A model generated the notes under the pieces. That model did no database searches and was not told where the DNA came from. It was given only the letters and a program-made list of their open reading frames with translations. The position numbers were made by a program, and so were the translations under genes. Source: Burkholderiales bacterium (GTDB lineage Bacteria; Pseudomonadota; Gammaproteobacteria; Burkholderiales; SG8-39). From it: a stretch of 30,453 nucleotides of DNA. Each line of letters begins with the position of its first letter. Position 1 is the stretch's first letter. Below, piece after piece: positions 24,163 to 30,453 of the stretch. The stretch spans positions 1 through 30,453 of the forward strand of contig DASPXL010000122.1 of NCBI GenBank assembly GCA_035637375.1, written 5' to 3'.

Positions 24163-24399
24163 ATTTTCCTCTCCGTGGAGTTAACGATCGGGTTGCGACC
24201 GGTCCTCTGCCTCGGGACCAGTCCCTCCCACTAACGCCCTTTGCGTTGCGAGGTTGACAGGCGCGAGCGCATTGTAACGAAAAGCCGCCGGAAGGCGCAA
24301 CCCGGCGAGCTGATTTCTTTTGCAACAACAGCTGGTTGGAGCCTTTTCCCTTCCTTGCCCCACGCTGCGGCGCTGCGGGGGACTCTCGCAACGATTCGC

Positions 24400-24405
24400 T
24401 ATAAT
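24400..24405 (+). promoter_or_regulatory. Sigma70 -10 for icd
   Basis: Perfect TATAAT about 95 nt upstream of the GTG start. Confidence 0.55.
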
Positions 24406-24499
24406 AGCGCCCTCTCAAGAACACGCCTTTTTGCGCGGCCATGGCTGCACCCGGCCGCGCAGACCTCTTACATCCAAAGCGAAACTGCAGGAGCCTCCC

Positions 24500-25714
24500 G
24501 TGAACAAGATCAAGGTCAGGAAGCCGATCGTCGAGATGGACGGTGACGAGATGACCCGGATCATCTGGAAAATGATCCGCGAGAAGCTGATCCTTCCCTA
24601 TCTCGACGTCGAGTTGAAATACTACGATCTCGGCGTCGAAGCGCGGGACAAGACCGGCGATCAGATCACGATCGACGCGGCCAACGCCACGAGAAGATAC
24701 GGCGTGGCGGTGAAGTGCGCGACCATCACTCCGGACGAAGGGCGCGTGACGGAGTTCAAGCTGAAGCAGATGTGGCGCAGCCCGAACGGGACCATCCGCA
24801 ACATTCTCGACGGCACGATCTTCCGAGAGCCCATCATCTGCAGGAACGTGCCGCGCATCGTCCCCCACTGGAACAAGCCGATCGTGATCGCGCGTCACGG
24901 TTTCGGAGATCAATATCGAGCCACCGAGATCAAGTTCGACGGCTCCGGCACGATCAAACTCAGCTTTCAGCCCGAAGGCGGCGGTGCCGCGGTCGAGCGC
25001 GAAGTGTTCAAGGCGCCCGGCGCGGGCGTCACCATGGCGATGTTCAACCTCGACGAGTCGATCAAGGGCTTCGCGCGCGCCTGCTTCAACTACGCCTTGC
25101 AGCGCAAATACCCGGTATATCTTTCAAGCAAGAACACGATTCTCAAGGTCTACGACGGCCGGTTCAAGAACCTGTTCGAGGAGATCTTCGACGCGGAGTT
25201 CAAGAAGCGGTTCGACGCGGCGGGCCTGACCTACGAGCACCGCCTGATCGACGACATGGTCGCCGCGAGCCTGAAATGGAGCGGCGGTTATCTCTGGGCG
25301 TGCAAGAACTACGACGGGGACGTGCAGTCCGACACCATCGCCCAGGGCTACGGGTCGCTGGGTCTGATGACTTCGGTGCTCATGTCCCCCGACGGCAAAG
25401 CGGTCGAGGCCGAGGCCGCGCACGGCACCGTGACGCGACATTACCGGTTGCACCAGCAGGGCAAGCCTACTTCGACCAATCCCATCGCCTCGATTTTCGC
25501 CTGGACTCGCGGGCTGATCTTCCGCGGACGCATGGACGGCACCCCCGAGCTGATCAAGTTCGCCGAAACCCTGGAAAAGGTCTGCGTCGATGTCGTGGAG
25601 TCCGGCAAGATGACCAAAGATCTCGCCATCCTGATCCGCCCGGACCACCCATTCCTCACCACCGACGAGTTCATGAACGCAGTGGACGAAGAGCTCAAGC
25701 GGCGCATGCAGTGA
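24500..25714 (+). CDS. icd: NADP-dependent isocitrate dehydrogenase, eukaryote-like (type II) subfamily
   Basis: [91 protein letters not shown] before the GTG at 24500. Confidence 0.95.
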   Translation: MNKIKVRKPIVEMDGDEMTRIIWKMIREKLILPYLDVELKYYDLGVEARDKTGDQITIDAANATRRYGVAVKCATITPDEGRVTEFKLKQMWRSPNGTIRNILDGTIFREPIICRNVPRIVPHWNKPIVIARHGFGDQYRATEIKFDGSGTIKLSFQPEGGGAAVEREVFKAPGAGVTMAMFNLDESIKGFARACFNYALQRKYPVYLSSKNTILKVYDGRFKNLFEEIFDAEFKKRFDAAGLTYEHRLIDDMVAASLKWSGGYLWACKNYDGDVQSDTIAQGYGSLGLMTSVLMSPDGKAVEAEAAHGTVTRHYRLHQQGKPTSTNPIASIFAWTRGLIFRGRMDGTPELIKFAETLEKVCVDVVESGKMTKDLAILIRPDHPFLTTDEFMNAVDEELKRRMQ

Positions 25715-25852
25715 CGCGGGCGCGTGCCTGAAAGCGCGCAAACGGGCTCATTCCGAACGGAAAAAGAGCGCCCGACCCCGGTAACCCGAGGTCGAAAACG
25801 AGGGGAACTTGCAGCCTTGGGCGGGGGTGCCGCCCGAGAGCTCGCGAGCGCT

Positions 25853-26059
25853 CTAGCTCGCGGCCTGGATGTTCGAAGCCTGCTTGCCTTTCGGGCCTTG
25901 CGTGACTTCGAACTGGACCTTCTGTCCTTCCTTGAGCGTTTTGAAGCCGCTCATCTGAATCGCGGAGAAGTGCGCAAACAAATCCTCACCGCCGTCGTCC
26001 GGGGTTATAAAGCCATAACCCTTGGCATCATTGAACCACTTTACCGTACCTGTTGGCAT
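25853..26059 (-). CDS. cspD: Cold-shock domain protein (cspD syntenic position)
   Basis: [15 protein letters not shown] (RNP1), LFAHFSAI (RNP2); divergent from clpS-clpA. Family assignment is certain, paralog name is from synteny. Confidence 0.88.
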   Translation of the reverse strand: MPTGTVKWFNDAKGYGFITPDDGGEDLFAHFSAIQMSGFKTLKEGQKVQFEVTQGPKGKQASNIQAAS

Positions 26060-26167
26060 AGAACCTTCCTGAGTTTTAATACCGGGACACTTTCAACTAT
26101 GCCTGTACTTCAACGCAGCAGAGGAATTTGAGCCTGCAAACCGCATGGAGGACAAACACAGGGAAGC

Positions 26168-26196
26168 CTTTTACGCGCTTTGAGCGATGACGTCAA
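26168..26196 (-). promoter_or_regulatory. Candidate sigma70 promoter for the csp gene
   Basis: TTGACG-17 nt-TAAAAG on the minus strand, giving a leader of about 100 nt. Confidence 0.5.
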
Positions 26197-26364
26197 GTGC
26201 CCAAGGGAGCGTCAACCCCTTGTTCTGCCAGCACGTTTGAGGTTGCACGATGCAGCGACAGCGATTACATTATGGACGATCAGCCGACATTGATGGAGGC
26301 GCTTCCGCCCAACAGGGTGCGCATGAAGCTCGTGATTTTCCTCCTGCAACCGGGTCCGAGCGGT

Positions 26365-26393
26365 TTGACGGGTGGGAGCTTCTGGCATAAGTT
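26365..26393 (+). promoter_or_regulatory. Sigma70 promoter for clpS-clpA
   Basis: TTGACG-17 nt-TAAGTT. Confidence 0.6.
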
Positions 26394-26407
26394 AAGTTAA
26401 GTGACGT

Positions 26408-26716
26408 ATGGCGACCCGCATGCGAGAAGGCGCTCTACTCGAGGCCAAGAAATCCAAGCTCAAGCCTCCCCCCTTATTTAAGGTCATCATCTTGAACGAC
26501 GACTACACCCCCATGGAATTCGTTGTCCTCGTGCTGCAAAAATTCTTTTCCATGACTCGGGAGAAGGCAACACAGGTGATGCTCAAAGTCCATCGCGAGG
26601 GCATGGGTATCTGCGGGGTCTACCCGAAGGACGTCGCCACGACCAAGGTCGAGCAGGTGGTCGGGTATGCACGCAGGCACCAGCACCCGCTACAATGTGT
26701 CATGGAGGAAACGTGA
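26408..26716 (+). CDS. clpS: ATP-dependent Clp protease adaptor ClpS
   Basis: [47 protein letters not shown]. Confidence 0.97.
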   Translation: MATRMREGALLEAKKSKLKPPPLFKVIILNDDYTPMEFVVLVLQKFFSMTREKATQVMLKVHREGMGICGVYPKDVATTKVEQVVGYARRHQHPLQCVMEET

Positions 26717-26747
26717 GTCATCGCATGAAGATGATTACGGACAACCG

Positions 26748-29027
26748 ATGATCGCCCAGGAACTCGAAGTCAGCTTGCACATGGCTTTCGTGGAGGCTCG
26801 CCAGAAGCGGCATGAGTTCATCACCGTCGAGCACCTGCTGCTCGCGCTGCTGGACAACCCCACCGCGGCGGAGGTGCTGCGCGCGTGCGCCGCCAACATC
26901 GAGGAATTGAGAAAGGCCCTGGGGGACTTCATCACCGCGCATACGCCAACGGTCGCGGGAACCGGGGAAATCGACACGCAGCCCACGTTGGGCTTCCAGC
27001 GCGTCATCCAGCGCGCGATCCTGCACGTGCAATCCTCGGGCAAGAAGGAAGTCACCGGCGCGAACGTGCTCGTCGCCATTTTCGGCGAGAAGGACTCGCA
27101 CGCCGTATATTTCCTCCACCAGCAGGGCGTGACGCGCCTCGACGTCGTGAACTACATCTCGCACGGCATCACCAAGACGCCGGCATCGAAGGAAGCAAAA
27201 GGCGGCGGCGAGTCCGAGCAGGAAGCCGCGGGCGACGAGCAGCAATCCGGCGGCGCCCTCGAAACCTATACGCTCAACCTCAACGCCCAGGCGCTGGTCG
27301 GCAAGATCGATCCGCTGATCGGCCGCGAGCGCGAGATCGAGCGCGTCATCCAGACGCTGTGCCGGCGGCGCAAGAACAACCCTCTCCTCGTGGGCGAGGC
27401 GGGCGTGGGCAAGACTGCGATCGCCGAGGGGCTCGCGCGCCGCATCGTCGAGGGTCAGGTGCCCGAAATTCTCACGCGCTGCCAGGTTTACATGCTCGAC
27501 ATGGGCGCGCTGCTCGCGGGGACCAAGTACCGCGGCGATTTCGAGCAGCGCTTGAAGGCGGTGCTGAAGCAGCTGGTGGACAACCCGAATGCGATCCTTT
27601 TCATCGACGAGATCCACACGCTGATCGGTGCCGGCGCCGCCTCGGGCGGGACCCTGGATGCTTCGAACCTCCTCAAGCCGGCGCTCTCCTCCGGGGCGCT
27701 GAAATGCATCGGCGCGACCACCTACAACGAGTACCGCGGCGTGTTCGAGAAAGACCACGCGCTGTCGCGGCGCTTCCAGAAGATCGACGTGCCCGAGCCT
27801 TCGGTCGAAGAGACGGTGCAGATCCTGCGCGGCCTGAAATCGCGCTTCGAGGCGCATCACGGCATCAAGTACAGCGGCAACGCGTTGACGAGCGCCGCCG
27901 AGCTGTCCGCACGCTATATCAATGACCGGCACCTGCCCGACAAGGCGATCGACGTGATCGACGAGGCGGGCGCCGCGCAGAAGATCCTGCCGAAGTCCAG
28001 GCAGAAGAAGGTCGTCGGCAAGACCGAGATCGAGGAGATCATCGCCAAGATCGCGCGCATCCCGCCCGCGTCGGTGTCGCAGGACGACCGGGCAGCGCTC
28101 AAGAACCTCGACCGCGACCTGAAGGCCGTGGTGTTCGGCCAGGATCAGGCGATCGAGGCGCTGGTGTCGGCGATCCGCACCGCGCGCTCGGGGCTCGCCA
28201 ATCCGCAGAAGCCGATCGGCTGCTTCCTCTTCAGCGGGCCCACCGGCGTCGGCAAGACCGAAGTCGCGCGCCAGCTCGCCTACTGCATGGGGATCGAGCT
28301 GCACCGCTTCGACATGTCCGAATACATGGAACGGCACGCAGTGTCGCGCCTGATCGGCGCGCCCCCCGGCTACGTCGGCTTCGACCAGGGCGGACTCCTG
28401 ACCGAGGCGGTTACCAAGAAGCCTTACGCGGTGCTGCTGCTCGACGAGATCGAGAAGGCGCATCCGGACATCTTCAACATCCTCTTGCAGGTGATGGACC
28501 ACGGCACCCTCACCGACAACAACGGCAGGAAGGCCGACTTCAGGAACATCATCATCGTCATGACGACCAACGCCGGAGCCGAAGCGCTCAACCGGCCGGT
28601 GATGGGCTTCACCGCGAAGAAGGAGCCGGGCGACGAAAGCGCCGAGATCAAGCGGCTGTTCTCGCCGGAGTTCAGGAACCGGCTGGATGCGACCATCTCG
28701 TTCCGCTCGCTCGACCACGACATCATCCTGCGCGTGGTGGACAAGTTCCTGATGCAGCTCGAGGCGCAGCTGCACGAGAAGAAGGTCGAGGCGATATTCA
28801 CCGACGCGCTGCGCGAGCACCTTGGCAAGCACGGCTTCGATCCGCTGATGGGCGCCCGCCCGATGTCGCGGCTGATCCAGGACACGATTCGCCGGGCGCT
28901 CGCCGACGAGCTGCTCTTCGGCAAGCTCGCCAACGGCGGCAAAGTCACGGTCGACATCGACGCGAACGGCAAGATCACGCTCGCGTTTTCCGAGGAGAAA
29001 TTGCCGGAGGTCGCCCCCGAAACGTGA
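26748..29027 (+). CDS. clpA: ATP-dependent Clp protease ATP-binding subunit ClpA
   Basis: [30 protein letters not shown]-domain; AAA1 [14 protein letters not shown]; AAA2 [17 protein letters not shown]; [10 protein letters not shown]; MGARPM.R. Confidence 0.97.
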   Translation: MIAQELEVSLHMAFVEARQKRHEFITVEHLLLALLDNPTAAEVLRACAANIEELRKALGDFITAHTPTVAGTGEIDTQPTLGFQRVIQRAILHVQSSGKKEVTGANVLVAIFGEKDSHAVYFLHQQGVTRLDVVNYISHGITKTPASKEAKGGGESEQEAAGDEQQSGGALETYTLNLNAQALVGKIDPLIGREREIERVIQTLCRRRKNNPLLVGEAGVGKTAIAEGLARRIVEGQVPEILTRCQVYMLDMGALLAGTKYRGDFEQRLKAVLKQLVDNPNAILFIDEIHTLIGAGAASGGTLDASNLLKPALSSGALKCIGATTYNEYRGVFEKDHALSRRFQKIDVPEPSVEETVQILRGLKSRFEAHHGIKYSGNALTSAAELSARYINDRHLPDKAIDVIDEAGAAQKILPKSRQKKVVGKTEIEEIIAKIARIPPASVSQDDRAALKNLDRDLKAVVFGQDQAIEALVSAIRTARSGLANPQKPIGCFLFSGPTGVGKTEVARQLAYCMGIELHRFDMSEYMERHAVSRLIGAPPGYVGFDQGGLLTEAVTKKPYAVLLLDEIEKAHPDIFNILLQVMDHGTLTDNNGRKADFRNIIIVMTTNAGAEALNRPVMGFTAKKEPGDESAEIKRLFSPEFRNRLDATISFRSLDHDIILRVVDKFLMQLEAQLHEKKVEAIFTDALREHLGKHGFDPLMGARPMSRLIQDTIRRALADELLFGKLANGGKVTVDIDANGKITLAFSEEKLPEVAPET

Positions 29028-29047
29028 ACGCCCGCTGAAACGGACAG

Positions 29048-29076
29048 AGGCCGCCGCGGGGCGGCCTTTTATTTTT
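29048..29076 (+). terminator. Rho-independent terminator after clpA
   Basis: AGGCCGCC-GCGG-GGCGGCCT followed by TTTATTTTT. Confidence 0.8.
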
Positions 29077-29164
29077 CGCGCGGCGCGAGCCGCGCCCCTT
29101 GACAGCCCGCCGGGCCGGACGGAAACTCGAAATCACAAGGACAAGAATTTTCGAGGAGGCTGCC

Positions 29165-29479
29165 ATGATCCGCACACTGTTTGCCGCCGCGTTCGTCTCC
29201 GGCACTGCCCTCGCCCCGAGCGCTCCGGCGCAGGGCGCGGATCCCAATCTCGGCCGAAACCTCGCCGCCGCCTGCGCCACCTGCCACGGGACAAATGGAG
29301 CGAGTCGGCAGGGAATGCCGAATCTCGCCGGCCAGCAGCGGTCCTATCTCGCGCAGCAGATGCAGGATTTCAGAGCCGGGAAGCGCCCGGCGACGATCAT
29401 GCACCAGATCGCGAAGGGCTATACCGACGAGCAGATCGATGCGCTCGCCGCGTATTTCTCGGAGCAAAGGGCCAGATAG
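29165..29479 (+). CDS. fccA: Monoheme cytochrome c, flavocytochrome c sulfide dehydrogenase cytochrome subunit
   Basis: Signal peptide, single CATCH, P.LAGQ, ATIMHQIAKGYTD.QI.ALA.YF. GAGGAGG SD; TTGACA at 29099-29104; directly upstream of fccB. Confidence 0.85.
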   Translation: MIRTLFAAAFVSGTALAPSAPAQGADPNLGRNLAAACATCHGTNGASRQGMPNLAGQQRSYLAQQMQDFRAGKRPATIMHQIAKGYTDEQIDALAAYFSEQRAR

Positions 29480-29488
29480 GAGACGATC

Positions 29489-30453
29489 ATGAGTCGATTG
29501 ACCCGACGCGATTTCCTGAAGATTTCCGGCGCCGCGGCGACCTCGCTCCTGACGGGCTGCATGACGCAGCCGAGCGCCCCGGAGAAGCCGATCGGCCGCG
29601 TGATCGTCATCGGAGGGGGGTTCGGCGGCGCGACCGCGGCTAAGTACCTGCGCATATGGAGCGGCGGAGCCGTCGAGGTGTTTCTGATCGAGCGCAACGC
29701 CGAGTTCATCTCCTGCCCTACGTCCAACCTCGTCCTCGGGGGAACCAGGACGATGGGCGACATAACGCGCAGCTACGCGAGGCTGCGCGACTACGGCGTG
29801 CAGGTGATCCGCGACGAAGCCACCGCGATTGACGTCGAGAAGAAGAGGGTTTCCCTCAAGCGCATCGAGGACCTGCCCTACGACCGGCTGGTCGTATCGC
29901 CCGCGGTCGATTTCATGCACGATCAGATCGAGGGCTATAACCCCGAAGCGCAAAAAACGATTCTGCACGCCTGGAAGGCAGGCCCCGAGACCGTCGCTCT
30001 GCGGCAGCAGCTCGAGGCGATGCCCGACGGCGGCGTCTTCATCATCGCAATTCCCCGCGCGCCTTTCCGCTGCCCGCCGGGACCCTACGAGCGCGCCTGC
30101 CAGGTCGCCTTCTACTTCAAGCAGGCGAAGCCGCGCTCCAAGATCATCATCCTCGATGCGAACGAGGACGTCGTCTCGAAGCCGGCGCTTTTCAAAGCAG
30201 CCTGGAACGAGCTCTACAAGGGCATCATCGAGTACCGCGGCAACAGCGAGGCCAAAGCGGTGGACGCGCGCGCGAAGACGGTCAAGACCGATTTCGATGC
30301 CGTCAGAGGCGACGTGCTCAATGTGCTGCCGCCGATGCGCGCGGGAGATATCGCGCGCACCGCGGGGCTCCTCGCGCCGAACACGCGCTGGTGCGGCGTG
30401 GACTGGCTCAGCATGGAATCGACCGCGCACAAGGGCATCCACGTGCTCGGCGA
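29489..30453 (+). CDS. fccB: Flavocytochrome c sulfide dehydrogenase flavoprotein subunit (partial, runs off the window end)
   Basis: Not in the ORF track; translated by hand: MSRLTRRDFLKISGAAATSLLTGC (Tat plus lipobox), VIVIGGGFGGATAAKYL, FISCPTSNLVLGG, PYDRLVVSP, HAWKAG, FRCPPGPYERA. AGGAG SD. Confidence 0.88.
   Translation, partial: MSRLTRRDFLKISGAAATSLLTGCMTQPSAPEKPIGRVIVIGGGFGGATAAKYLRIWSGGAVEVFLIERNAEFISCPTSNLVLGGTRTMGDITRSYARLRDYGVQVIRDEATAIDVEKKRVSLKRIEDLPYDRLVVSPAVDFMHDQIEGYNPEAQKTILHAWKAGPETVALRQQLEAMPDGGVFIIAIPRAPFRCPPGPYERACQVAFYFKQAKPRSKIIILDANEDVVSKPALFKAAWNELYKGIIEYRGNSEAKAVDARAKTVKTDFDAVRGDVLNVLPPMRAGDIARTAGLLAPNTRWCGVDWLSMESTAHKGIHVLG

Noticed and set aside
25715-25852. Hairpins in the icd-csp convergent spacer as an sRNA
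   Set aside because: No promoter or family signature; the stems are adequately explained as imperfect terminators.
26197-26400. 67-aa ORF in the csp-clpS spacer
   Set aside because: GTG start with no SD, no motifs, and it overlaps both divergent promoters.
26718-28832. 704-aa minus-strand ORF
   Set aside because: Antisense shadow of clpA.
29069-30442. 457-aa minus-strand ORF
   Set aside because: Antisense shadow of fccA-fccB; the real fccB is missing from the track only because its stop lies beyond the window.

Overview
GC-rich bacterial chromosomal window of mostly core housekeeping genes. Gene order and protein sequences point to a betaproteobacterium (inference). Order: partial Crp/Fnr regulator (-), trxB, Smr nuclease, PII (glnB), Gln-dependent nadE, FemAB-like/DUF482 GNAT, rhlE, queG, tsaE, amiC, dedA, mutL, miaA, mug, K+-independent H+-PPase, PPi-type phosphofructokinase, adk, kdsB, Trm112-like, lpxK, exbD, exbB, xseA, a 32-aa membrane peptide plus a stand-alone PuuD-like membrane protein, DUF192, a secreted Lys-rich microprotein, a eukaryote-like NADP-IDH, cold-shock protein (cspD position), clpS, clpA, and a flavocytochrome c sulfide dehydrogenase pair (fccA, partial fccB). 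I saw no tRNA, rRNA, IS element or CRISPR array. Most notable: (1) a DnaA-box cluster with a 16-bp palindrome, an AT-rich tract and an IHF-like site in the exbB-xseA spacer, with no dnaA in the window; (2) a 26-residue-period duplication of the catalytic-Cys motif in NadE; (3) four genes with leaderless-mRNA promoter geometry; (4) two easily missed microproteins; (5) a Tat-lipoprotein FccB. All family assignments come from motif recognition; no database search was run.
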